From Seison nebaliae (lineage: Eukaryota): a stretch of 56,713 nucleotides of DNA. The notes below the pieces were generated by a model, which was not told the origin of the DNA, did not search any database, and saw only the letters and a list, made by a program, of their open reading frames with translations. Position 1 is the first letter of the stretch, and each line of letters opens with the position of its first letter. Position numbers and translations under genes: made by a program. The DNA lies in the NCBI GenBank assembly GCA_023231475.1, contig JALJEE010002595.1, positions 1 to 56,713 on the forward strand, in the 5' to 3' direction. Below, piece after piece: positions 38,956 to 52,173 of the stretch.

Positions 38956-39966
38956 CTAATGAACTGGGGACATTTCCATTGTGACAGGTGGAATTTGTAT
39001 TCCGCAAACTGCACAATTGTCCGTCTTACCCAAATGTAGAAATTGGCATCGAGTACAAACGAAGTGATTACAAGGAGTTCTCATAATAAAATAGCCACGT
39101 TTAATAAGTTTCTTCTTACTTTTCCCACATTTCATACACTCAATATCTTCATCCGATTCCACTTTCTTATTCGTATGTGCTTCAATTCCGTTCCCAATAT
39201 TTTCCTCAAAGTTAGACAAGTCAGATAAATAAATTTGATGTGGTCGATTATTTAATGAAATTATTTCTGCCTGTTCCAATTCTGATGACGTCTCCCAAAT
39301 TGGAGCTTTTTCTGTCGATTGTTTAACTTTTCCTTCCGATTGATCCAATCGACTTAAATTTTTTACCATATCATCGAACTTATTATTAGTCGGCAAACTT
39401 AAACTACAATTATTATTGTTATTGTTATTATTAATGTCTTCAGTAAACTGACAAGTATTTTCCTCAATCCGCTCACTCGGAGTCTCATAATCATGACTTT
39501 CTGCGAAACTGAAATTTAGTTCTACACCTTTATCTCGATAGGAGTTGGCGTATAATTCTTTTCCACATATTTGATCACCATCTCCCTTATTCGAAATATG
39601 TATTTTATTCCGACACATATCCTCAGACTTCTCAATAACATCTTCTTGACTTATTAAAATTTTGAGAGTTTGGTGATAGAAGGTATGGAGAAATGTATAT
39701 GATTTCTCTACAATTTTAAAGAAGTATCGAGCATCATACCAATAAAGGATTAATGGCACAAATATCATGACCGATACCGTTACAATAAGCAGACGAGTTT
39801 GAAGTAATCGCCAATAGAGCAATAGAAAACGATCGACAGGCAGACAATCCAATTTATTGAACTATAATAAAATGAAAATTATATAATTAAGATTTAGTTT
39901 AACCAGTTGTCCGATAATTGATTGGGCTGGTCGACAGTAGTGCAAATTCAGTAAGAATTGCAACAT
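38956..39966 (-). CDS. Membrane-anchored RING-HC (C3HC4) protein, putative E3 ligase
   Basis: N-terminal TM (LLIVTVSVMIFVPLILYW); C-terminal CMKC...CNHFVCTRC...CAVC. Intron 39862-39903. The start at 39966 is inferred. Confidence 0.75.
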
Positions 39967-40627
39967 CTCATCAACCGGTATATTTCTTTTAAAATGTTCG
40001 TATTGTTTCGAAAGAAACTGAAATTGAAAAGAATGAAGAAGTGATTATTTAACGTTTATCGTTGTTTCTCCAACGTGATTAATATTAACTTATATTCTCA
40101 ATGTGATTAGCTTAAAAGAAAATTATAAGTTTCCGATTAAATTTTATGATTATTTAAAATTTTAGTTTAGCATAATGTAAATGTGTAAAGGAGGAGAAAT
40201 AGAAACATTCGATGAAAACAAAGAATCTGCTTCAGAAATAATAAATCTCTAGGCATTTAAAAAAAAAATTTTTTAGGCACTGGAGCAAACTTTTACCGAA
40301 ATGACTATAAGAACTAGATTTATTTTATCTCCTACCGAATAGACTTTATCTCCACCAGTAATTAAAGAAATATTTACAAATGAGGTAAATTTTAAGAATT
40401 ACTTGACAAAAAAATGATATAGATACAGGAGATTTTATGGTATACAATACTTAATATTAATTTTTCATGTTAGTTCATAGATGACTGTTGATGCTCCATT
40501 CCATAATTTGGCGTAAATCATAAACCATATATTCCATAGTGTGGAATTTAATCATAAACGGATATGTTTTATTCCGAATTGAAATTAGAATATCAAATTG
40601 TTTAGAAAAAGATCCAAATAAATTAAT

Positions 40628-41197
40628 ATGACTTCATTAATATTATTTCTACTCATGCTAAGTCACTCAAGTCAGATTGCAATCTCTCATCAGTTGAAAC
40701 GAATTAAAGCTACCAATGGTAAGGAATTAATTAACCTCGAAGATTATAGAGCAAAAGAAATTTTTTTGAAAGTTTCCATAAATTGTACGAAACAAAGTAT
40801 GTCCATACCTATCGGACAGATACCAGTTATGCAGTTTGCCATAGAACAATGTTGCACTGAAAGTAAGTCGCATTTCAATTTTACTTATACTATTTTTAAA
40901 AATAATAGTGGAAACAATGGAAGCACAATTGGTCAGACATTACAAAAGAAAGTTGTCCATATGAAATGTCCGAATTCGTCAGCTAACAAACGCAAACGAT
41001 TGTTGTTGTTTTTCTGTATGAAAAGGAGATATAATAATCGGGGAACGGTGGATGGTGGAGATGTAGGAGTGCAAATAATATTTGCAGAATGTTTACGAGG
41101 TTACAGTCAACGATCGCAAGTTATAGGTATGGGTGTCGGTCTAATTATTCTGGCAATGATTTTTGTAGGCTTCGGAGTGTCAATTTATTTCGAGTAA
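40628..41197 (+). CDS. Orphan single-pass membrane protein (signal peptide, Cys-containing ectodomain, C-terminal TM), 189 aa
   Basis: Intact ATG-to-stop ORF; hydrophobic N-terminus; 6 Cys; GMGVGLIILAMIFVGFGVSIYF at the end; AATAAA downstream. Confidence 0.7.
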   Translation: MTSLILFLLMLSHSSQIAISHQLKRIKATNGKELINLEDYRAKEIFLKVSINCTKQSMSIPIGQIPVMQFAIEQCCTESKSHFNFTYTIFKNNSGNNGSTIGQTLQKKVVHMKCPNSSANKRKRLLLFFCMKRRYNNRGTVDGGDVGVQIIFAECLRGYSQRSQVIGMGVGLIILAMIFVGFGVSIYFE

Positions 41198-44100
41198 GTT
41201 TACAAAATTCCTTATTTTATCTTTAATTGGAAGGACACATCGTCTTTCAACCATCAAATTAAGTAGTTCTCTAATTTTAAAATAAAAAGATTTAATTGAC
41301 ACATCTTCATTTATTGTTAATTGACTAACCTTATCCAAAGAAAAAACAGTTGTAGTTCTGATTTGAATTTAAATTATTAGATGAAAATTCGTTCGCACAA
41401 AAAGAATAGACAGGAAGTCACATTATTATTAATTTATTTTATAATTAAAGATAGCGGACGGACATGTACATTGGAATTTTAGATTTAAAAAAGATAAGCA
41501 GTTTGGGTCTTAATGTCATAAAATTTGGGAGTGTGAGAGCTAGCAGAAGAAGTTTGATGGATTAATATCTACAATGGGAGAGAGTAATGATGAACGCATC
41601 ATTAAATTTAGCTTTCATAAAAATGAATGCAATGCAAAATTAGAGATTGCATATAAGATCCAGAGTTGTCAATAAGAAAAGTTAAAATCATTCAACTGTA
41701 ACGTCAACAGACAAATCAGAATTTTCAGATAGACCGATACAAAAAATTTTAAATATTCTTGTTTCAAAAAAAAAAGAAAAGAAGAGAAAAGAAGAGATAA
41801 TATTTTTGGTATAAAGATTATTTGGAAAATGTCAAAAAGATCAACATCTTCCGAAAATTTCGGAACTATCGATACTTTGACAACGATAACGACGCAGTTA
41901 GTTTTTGCATAAATTCTTGAACTTCCATCCGAAGAATATTCCATCATGAACAATCGAAAGAATAAATTTGGTTGTTCTATGAAGAATATTCAACTTTCCT
42001 TAACCGTTTTATGTTACTGTTTAATAATAACTATTACATAAATACGATAGCATTTATAATATACGTTATTCTTTGCTTCTTACAAATCGAAGTAGAACAT
42101 TTGCACGCAGTAATAGAATGAACACGTAATTCTTCTTTTCTTCTAATGTATCACCTGAAAAACAAAGGAATTCCTTATTCTCTTTCACATGTTTTCCATT
42201 CAAATAAATAATAATCTATCATGGATAATGGATAATAGTTGAGGTCATATATCACAAAATCAACAGTCGATATCATGATATTTACGAAGGTTTCCCAATG
42301 AACATTACTGCGCGATTGGAAGGAAATAATGATATTGTTGCCTTGTTTATTGATTAGTCAATACCATTTAATCGTTAGGGAACGTAGTGGAATTGTAGGG
42401 AAAGAAAATACGATGGAAAGAATTGATAGAACAATTGATCACTATTAAAAAGTAGAAGTATCACATGACTCATCATAATGAAAGATGTAATGGAGAATCG
42501 ATGGAACATATACCAGAACAATGAATCGAAGCACAGATTATATGTTATGTAATATGTGGAAAGGACGATTGTTTCTGTTGCAATTGTATTCTCTTCGATT
42601 GCACACATATATTTTATACAACATATTGATATGTTTCCGGTATTATCCTCGAGAATAGATGTGAAGGAAAATATAATAATTTTTATCATTTACTTTTCCC
42701 TTCTTTTTTTATGAGTGATGATCGACTGATAAATATAAGATCCTTATCGACAATTGTTATAATAACAATAAATAAAAATTGTTGGGAATAATAGTTGAAA
42801 GAAATGATTAAAGGTTGATTGAAAGATTTTCTACTTTATGGAACATATGAAATAATTACCTAGTATATTCGAATTAATCTCAAAGTAAGAGGAGAAGAAT
42901 TGAAGGAATCGGAAGAAGTGTGTGGGATACAGACATCAATTTTGGGAAAATCGGACGAAAAATTTCTAATCGATATTAAGTTTATTAGACGAAATTCCTT
43001 ATTTATTATTCCATTGCCTCGCCAACCGATAACTATTACATAGGAAGAAGGTGAAAAATTAGAGAAAGAAATCGAATGAGAGAAATAGCAATCGTAACAT
43101 TCGAAGGACATTTTGAATAACAATCTAATGTTTCTATTTTACTCTAATATTACTCCACTTTTTCTCTGTTGTTCTGCTTTCCGTTTCATCTTCTATATTT
43201 TCAATACATTCAAAATCTCCTCTTAACATTTTTTTTAATTTGTTCGATTTCTATTAAATTGCTAAATGTTCTTTGAGAAGCACAGGAAACATTGAACAGT
43301 TCTCAAGATCATAATTCATTACGAAAGATAATTAGTGCAGGAACTTCCTATAGCAGAATGTGAAGCGAGATAATTCGATTATACCATGGTCAGATTATTA
43401 ATCGTAATTATAAATGAAAAATATGTATAATATTGTTATGTATCCTAACCATATGATTGTAGTGTGATTGATAATTATGATTGTAGAACGTTAATGGAAA
43501 TATGAACGATTTGTTTTGAGCAGATCATACCCATATAAAGGAAGGACTGATCGAACGAAAATATAGTGAACATCAAATGGGAGGTATCAATTGAATAACG
43601 ACTATCATTTAAAGTATCAATTAGGAAAAGTTTTTACTTTTAAATTACCTTTTCCCTCTTCCGGACAGTCACAATAAAGGAACAAGAAAATTTTATGAAT
43701 AAATTTAAATGGCCTAAATAAATTTCTTCCAAGTTCACCATCATATGTTTCGGAAAATGAATTTTCTTCTTTATCATAAACATTTGAAATGTCTTCATTG
43801 TCCTAACTTCCAATAGAATAAACGCCCTAACGATAACGATAAGAATAAAAATTCTTATTCTTTCCCATGCGAGGATGTCCGGTGAGTATTTCAGTGATCG
43901 TTATCAATATTATTATGTAACTTGGTTCCTTCAATTTCCATTGATGTAACTTTAAATCATTACGATTTGTTCAACATCAACTAATTTTGTTGATGCTAAA
44001 GGAGGAATATAATCAATTGTACCGTATAAAACTTACAGCTGATTTTCGTATTATGATGCTGATTTTTTGTATTTTAATTAATCAAATAAAATTTGTTTTC

Positions 44101-47100
44101 TACTTTTTTCAATCTACTTTATCATATGTAAGTTCGGTGATTATTTTCAATAAGCAAAACAGGCACAATTTTTAGTTGCCACCTAGATATTATGTCATCG
44201 GTCAAAGAAGTATACAACTATTAGTATATAAAAGAAGTATATAAAAATCATATAAACTATTCATTGAATCGATATCTTTTACAAGATTTTTAGATTCGAC
44301 ACTAAAGTAAATGATACGATTAGCAGGATATGCATGAACGTTTAACTTAAACGGTTTAAGTTAATCAGAAATTCTGATTCAGAATCAGGACCAATATTCA
44401 AGTTATGCGGAATATTTTTCTAACAAATTTTGTAAGTTCTGAAGTAATGAGTAAATATGAATTTCGATTGAAGATGTTTAACCGTCGCTTTTAACACAAT
44501 TCTCTTTGAATAACAACAGCAATTGATACAAGGATTATTAGTTTGTCTTGCCATCAGCAAATCATGTTTAATAAATTTCAGAATTTTCCTTATACCAATG
44601 AAGGAAAAATAATCAGAAGATGACGGAGAAATCCAACGGAAGAATTTGATAAGGAATTGGAATTAGAAAAGTTTCTTTTCGATTAGAAAACGGAATGAGA
44701 GGGCATAGTAGTATAAGTATTCCAGTTAGTTTAGTTGGAAAAGAAACAAAAGTTTGATGTATTTGGTTATTATCAAATATCAGTCATTTGGTTGGCTTTG
44801 TTCCTTTTCCTTCATTCATGTCTGCAAGGTCAACAATCAGTAGCTATTTCACTGTTAATCCTATATTTAATAGTATAAGACACTATAATATTAGTCCGAA
44901 CTAGAAGAATAAAGATGAGTTCGTTGCCTCATTTCCCCCATGAGCTAAAGTGTATTATTGCTATTAAAGAAGTAACTGATTAATATTAGAATAAAATTAT
45001 TTCACTCAAATGGTGTATGTCCATCGATTAGAATGCATCTTGAATGCCACATTCTCTTTTTAATTAGGAGAAAACATAAAATATTTCGTTTATTTTTCAA
45101 CAGATAGATGGTCGTACATATACATGTGGACACATATCAATGAAGAAATTATTAGGGAAAGAGTTTGTCTATGTAATCGTCGTTAATAATTACGCGCAAG
45201 ATACTTAATGATCTCTTCCTATAATCTTGTATTCTTCTTATTTGATCGTAATGACAAAATAATTCCTTTCTCGTTTTTTGCCCCCGTTAGAGATTATGGT
45301 TCCTTTTCTATCTTCTCCGTAATGATCATGCACAAAAAGAATGATGTGGAGTTGTTGTCTCATCCTCCAAAAGTGAAAACATTTTCATATTTCTGTTTCT
45401 TTTTTATTTTCAAAATTAAATAATAATTATGTCCATTTATCATAATCACTTCTTCTCACGATTACTTCTTTACCAATCTGTCAGTTATTTGAATCGATTA
45501 GGGAATATTTAAACTACTTCTCTTCTACCAAATAAGTGAATTGTCCTGAACACTCTCCAATCTTCCTATCTTCCAATTAGGAAATGTCAACAATCTAAAT
45601 ATTTCCTATATTCTGAGAATATTATTCTCCAATTACATCTAGCACTTGATTCCTAACGATTGAGATAATGTTAAGATTAAACCTTCTCCAACAATAATTT
45701 TCCTTTTTTGCTGTTTGGAAGAAAAAATCATTGTAGAAGGAGAAACAGGAAAATGAACGATTGTTTCATTTCGAAGTATTTAGGTGTCGTTAGTCCTGAA
45801 ATAGATCCAAACCTCAAAATAATATTCCCAAATCTTCTATTATACAATTTTGTTAGAGAAAATCTCATAAGTATACTTTAAATAAGAACAAACAAAAAGA
45901 AGTTGTGAAACTTCTGAAAATTGAAAATTCTCCAAAAAAATAACATTCTTAGTTAGGAAACTCTTAGTTGGGTGATAAGCAGATTCGTTTAGAAATAGGA
46001 TTATAATGAAAAAAAGAAAATACTTCACTACTTCCCCAATTATTAGTTTAATTGTTCCAAATTTTATCCTTGGGATGATGATTGGCAGGAATGGGATAAA
46101 ACTATTTCGGATATTGAGAAAATGAATATGTATTTCCTTCGTTACAAGAATTTTTGAAACATATACAATTACGTCTAGGAAAAAAAATCGATAATATGAA
46201 TTTTAAAAAAATACCTCAACTTTCTTATCGATTTTCTCTTGTATCATAATTTTAAGATCCTTTACCTTCTTCCTACCAATGAGACGTAGTAAAAAACATT
46301 TCTCCATTTCTCATAAGATACACAATAAAATGGATGTTATACAAGAATAAGGATCCTTAGAAAGGTAATAGAGAACGAAATTAACGAGTACCGATCTCTC
46401 CTATCGAACTGGCAAATATTTCCGTTATTTCAAAAAAATTGTCACAAGTGTTTTATCTGAAATAATTGATTTTAACATTTCTCATTCCTTTAGTTACTTA
46501 TGTAATAAACACAAATCCATCGCTAAATTAATTTCGTAGATGTCTCAAACTATGGAACATAGATGTTTTAGATCTTTTTCAATACCTTACAAGATGTTGT
46601 TATATATTTCAGTGATATTTTTGTTAAATATCTTTATTTAACCACCAGACACTTATCTTAAGCTCGTTCAAGAACATTTAGATAGACTTACTTGTTAGTC
46701 TAATAGGAAAGACGATGATGTAGACGACCCTTTAGCAAGATTGTTGTCCTATAATGTGCACATGCTAGGATCTGTTTTATTGCAATTTAGAGGAATTAGA
46801 ATAAACAGTTTAGGGAAACCTACGAAATTGCTCGACTTTTTCCAATTGTTGAAGTAAAGAACTTCCAACATTACGAGTAATATGGCTGAATAGGTGAATA
46901 TGAAATTGATATGAAACATGAATGTTTGTCGAAAACAATATTTTTCAACGTAAATCGATCAAACTTCATAACTGATGCAGCATGAGGTGTAACGTCTTAC
47001 GGATAAAGCAAATTTACCTTTTCTTGTCTTTCATCTCAAAATTTAAGTGAAAATTACTTTTTTTCGTCTTTTCCCTAATTTTGATTTAATGATATGTATG

Positions 47101-47938
47101 ATATATGGGAAAATTATTATTAGCTGGCACCAGTTTTGTAAATGATCATCAGTCAGCACGAAAATAGAGTTTCTGGCTTTTTACAAGACGGAATTTCTAC
47201 AAAAGTTAAGATTTGTAGCGAGTTGATTCTCTATTTTCAGATATACGATAAATCGATATGACATAATTCGGGGTATCTCGAATTAGTCTCTGTGTGCTCA
47301 AAGAAAATAATTGAAAATTAAGAGAATAAGAAATCTGATTCTTCGATAGTTGAGAAAGGAAGAATCAGTTGACATATTCTTATCGGAAAGAAGTCAAGTT
47401 TCATCATTCAGTTCAATCTAATCATACATTACACAATGACTATGTCCATATAATTATGTATAATTGCATCAATATTATTCTTGATATATCTACATCCATT
47501 TAAATATAGAAAATGGTTCGTATTCAAGTTATGTGTCTGTATATCTATAACAGTGCATACATTTCTCATTTGGAGTTTTTGGTATTTCATAAATAATTAT
47601 AAGTACGAAACCAATCCCGTTGAAGAGTAAGTAGTAAATTTATGCTGGAAAATTTAAAGAGGAAACGAAAAAAACTTTAATTAGAACCAATATTGGTTTC
47701 GTTGAGTTTTCCAACAATTGGAATTACTCAGGTAAATAAAAAGAAAAGAAATTATTTTTACATTTTCGTAAGGTCATGTTATGATAACTGGTCACATGTT
47801 GTAATCTCCCATGAAATTTTTGTGTAAATCTTCATTTTTTACTTTCAATGAGAATATTAAAAAGATAAACAGTATAAGAACTTAATCCAATAAAAATTTT
47901 GAAGTTAATTCTATTCTAAACTTTTTCATTTAATTTAG

Positions 47939-50900
47939 TGACCGGAATTCTCTAACAATCACCACTGATGACAATGACTCCATTGTAACGAATGATGGGT
48001 ATGTCAATTCGAAGAATGGTCAAGATTTGAAAAATAGTTCGGAACAATTATCTGATGATATCAATACTATCAGCTATTTTAATGTACAGTCGTCTGAGGA
48101 AGATAAAGAAGCAGAATTACGTCAACAAGAAGTGAGAAAGAGAAGGAAAGAAGTGACATTAGATTTGAAAGATTTGGAAAATGTTGATAATCGTAAATTA
48201 AACGATTCGCAATTCACTAAGAATACTTTACATTTATCACTTCGTGGTAAGAAGAAGCGAAACGTTCCAACTCCCAAAAATTTCCGACCAGTTCACGTTG
48301 ATCGATTGGGAACGAATAAAGAAGAGATGACTAGAAGACGTTATTCGACGATTACTACTTCAACTCCAAGACTAAATAAATGGATGAGTTCGAGCATTTG
48401 TGATGGATATGATTCCACAGTTCTGTTAAATGAAGTTGATAATAGTTTATCATCTTTGTTACCAGAAGAAACTGAAGGCAATGAGAAAAACAATTCTATA
48501 CAACGAAAGCTGAATGAAAAGAATTTCAACGCAAAATCTCCGATATCACTTAATGATTTTAAATGGAATAAATCGGGAAGAAATCGACTGATAAGCAAAG
48601 AGAAGAAGAAACGCATATTGAAGTCAAAAGAAAAACATAAAGATGTATTAAGGCCGTCTCTACCGACCGGTTTGCATGATAATACTCAACAAAATTCAAC
48701 ATCCGATACATCATCATCATCCACCATTATTGATGATATGACCAAAAATGATAAATATTATGTTTACGTTAAACGTCCAATGTTCTCCCAAACGAATTTT
48801 GATCATATTTATTATTCATCATCATCATCAGCATCTTCCAATTCATCGACATCGTCTAGAAAGAATTTGAAGAAAACGAACCCACCGAAACGAAAGAAAA
48901 AACGATTGAAGAAAAATGAGAAAGATGAATCGAATAAAGAAGTATTAAATCGTTTAAGAGCCACACCGAAATTGAAAAAAGAAACGATATCCGATAAACT
49001 AACAAAGTACTACAAGGAAAGTGTACGACCCTCATCTAATTGTTGTAAAAGTATGTGGAGAAACCATTTGCCAATACTTCGATGGTTATCCACATATAAT
49101 ATGAACGAAGATTTATTGAATGATATAATTGCTGGCTTAACCGTCGCCATTATGCAAATACCCCAAGGTTTAGCTTATGCACTCCTAGCTGGTGTGGCAC
49201 CGATTTATGGCTTATACTCTTCCTTTTTCCCCGTCATCATTTACGCTCTGCTGGGAACTTCACATCAAAATTCTATTGGAACATTTGCCGTCGTTGCATT
49301 GATGACAGGATCAGCTGTCGATAACGCTCTTGATGAGAATGCGAGTGAAGAAGAAAAAATTAAAGTGGCAACAGCAGTAGCTTTAATAGCCGGTACACTC
49401 CAGCTGTTAATGGGAATTATCAAATTAGGTTTTGTATCTGTTTATCTCTCGGATCCGTTAATTAGTGGATTTACTAGTGGTGCTGCCGTCCACGTATTCA
49501 CATCACAAACGAAAGGTCTTATGGGTCTCAATATTCCGAGATATAATGGTAATTTTAAACTTGTTCGAACATGGTATGAAATGATTATGAATTTACATAA
49601 GTCTAACATCCCAACTGTTCTCATAACATTAATTGCAATTACCTTATTGGCATTAGTGAAAGAACAAATAAACAAACGGTTTAAACATCGATTAAAAATG
49701 CCAATACCAATTGAATTGATTGTCGTTATCTTATCAACAATCTTCTGCAAGGTTATTGATGTGGATGATTATAATATAAAAATATTGAACGAAATACCAA
49801 AAGGTCTTCCATCACCAGCTTTCCCGCCACTCCAATACTTTAGTGACGTTTTTAGTGATGCCATAACTATTGCAGTTATTGCATACGCTGTCTCTTATTC
49901 ATTAGCTGCCATATTCGCAAAAAAACATAATTATCTCGTTGATCCTAATCAAGAACTTATTGCCTATGGATCATCAAATATGTTTGGATCATTTTTTTCT
50001 TGTTTCCCTGTTTCGGCTTCCATGTCACGTAGTTTAGTTCAGGATAATGCAGGAGCAAAAACACAAGTTCAAATATTTTAACCCTCTAATTAATTATTTC
50101 TTATATTTCAGTTATCTTCATTATTTTCTTGTTTCCTTTTGCTATTGGTCCTTTTGGTTCTGGGACCATATTTCGAAACGTTACCAACTGCAACATTGTC
50201 GGCTATTGTAATGGTGGCATTAAAAGGAATGTTTCGTCAAACATTAGAAGTGGGAAGATATTGGCAAGTCAATCGCATTGAAGGGGTTATATCCAATTCT
50301 CTTTCTTCACTCCCAATCCTATTCAAAACTAGGCTACTTTCATTATAACATATTTAGCTACAGTCATCCTCAATGTCGATACTGGATTAGTAATTGGATT
50401 AGCTTTTTCGTTTCTTGTGGTTATAGTAAGATCGCAAATTGCCGAAGCTTCCATTCTTGGTCGTATTCCGAACACCGACATTTATAAGAATGTCAACCGA
50501 TATAAGAAAGCAGAAGAATTGAACCTTATTAGGATTTGTCGATTTGAGGACTCTCTATTTTTTACAAATAGTCAGAGATTTAAAAGTTTATATTATTTCT
50601 TCTTAACAATATTTTCATTTGAAGATTTAATGTATGAAATGGCTGAAGCTAATCCTCAATTAATTCTTTCTAATCGCAATCTGCAACGCCAACGAACTAA
50701 GCAAGATGTTAAACGTTTAATAAAAAAGCGAAGTGAACGATTACAAAAACAAGTCGACGTTTCTCGATCTTTTGCAGAAAATGGTGAAAGTCCACAATTC
50801 TATACGGTTTCTATTCTTAATCAAATTCTATTCTAAGTACAATTATTCCAGTTGAGTCGAGTTGAATTTTCTGATATGACGGAAGAAGAAGAGTTGCAAC

Positions 50901-51310
50901 AGATTGATATCGATTACCGATTACATAAACTGGAAACGTCGTTCCACCACGAAGACCACAGTCGAATAATAAAATATCTGATTTTAGATTGTAGTGCAAT
51001 CAATTATATTGACTCTATGGGTGTGAAGGCGATATTGCAAGTTTTTTATATTTTAGTTCTCATCTTCGATAAATATTTTTTCTTGCAGTTAATTGTCGAT
51101 TTCAAAAAAATAAATATTCAATTTTTCCTCGTTGCCTGCAAGTGTTTAGTGACATTCTTCATATCTTCATCATTCATGTGATTTTTAGCACCATTGAGAA
51201 ACCGATTAAAACGGATGGAATTTAATGAATTGGCACCGAAAGATATACCTTGCTTGTTTCTCACCATCAGCGATGCTGTCAATTATTCGATGGGGAAACC
51301 AATTACCTAG
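47939..51310 (+). CDS. SLC26/SulP anion transporter (prestin-like) with STAS domain; 5' exon(s) lie upstream
   Basis: DIIAGLTVAIMQIPQGLAYA, GLYSSF, NQELIAYG, SMSRS; STAS motif ILDCSAINYIDSMG. Introns 50067-50111, 50286-50332, 50586-50624, 50807-50851, 51041-51088, 51144-51188. The frame is open back to the acceptor at 47938. Confidence 0.92.
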
Positions 51311-51692
51311 ACAATTCATTTATGAAACTTTATATAACTCATTCAGACGTTCCTGTTGAGTATTATAGAATTTTTTAATTTTTATTTCAATGCCTTCCGG
51401 GTGACTTCCTTCGATTATGTTTGTAATTTGTAATTTCATCAATTATCTTTGTTCATAATCATTTATGAATCTTTGAGAGTTATTCTAATGTATAAACATT
51501 TCTATTTATTTTTATTTTGTTGATGAAAATGATTGAGTGTATTGAATGAAGAACATGCGACTGAGAACGATGGGAAGATATTGTACTATGGAGATGGTGG
51601 AAACGTGTGTATTAAATCAGAAGTAAGGATATAGGAAACTGCATTTCTTTTATAGGGACGCCTTGATGGTTAATGGGACCCAGACTGATTGG

Positions 51693-52045
51693 GGACAGTT
51701 CTACTCCTTTACGAGTTCTCTGCTAAAACTTTAAGATGATAAATTTAAGATTTAAGAATTTTTAGAAAAAGGAGTAGAACTATCCAAATTTTTCGGAAAA
51801 GCAGTAGAACTGTCCGAATTTTTAAAAAAGGAGTTGAACTGTCCGAATTTTTCGGAAAAGGAGTAGATCTGTCCGTTTTTTAGGGTATAGATCTGTCGGT
51901 TTTTTAGGGAGTAGATCTGTCCTTTTTTTTCAGTTTAGGTGTAGAAATTTGAAGGAGTAGAACTGTCCGAATTTTTAGAAAGAGGAGTAGAACTGTCCGA
52001 GTTTTTCGGAAAAGGAGTAGAATTGCCCGAATTTTTAGAAAAAAA
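51693..52045. repeat. About 25-30-bp minisatellite (core AAGGAGTAGAACTGTCCGAATTTTT), about 9-10 units plus one inverted core
   Basis: Units read directly at 51768-52045. 51693-51710 (ggacagttctactccttt) is the reverse complement of the core. Confidence 0.9.
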
Positions 52046-52173
52046 AAATGTTAAGAAATAAATCATATTGTTTTAGTTATAGTATTTATTAAGTTACAAA
52101 GATATATATAATAATAAATAAATAGATATAAAATAAACTTTGTCGATTGTTTTTATTAAATAAATTTAATTAG

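Noticed and set aside
41200..47500. Several 60-104 aa hydrophobic ORFs in the gene-poor region
   Set aside because: Their F/I/L-rich composition is expected from AT-rich non-coding DNA, and I found no coherent exon chain or RNA gene by eye.
51768..52045. CRISPR-like array of ~30-bp repeats
   Set aside because: The spacers are short, near-identical T/A runs rather than unique sequences; there are no cas genes and the context is eukaryotic. It is a minisatellite.
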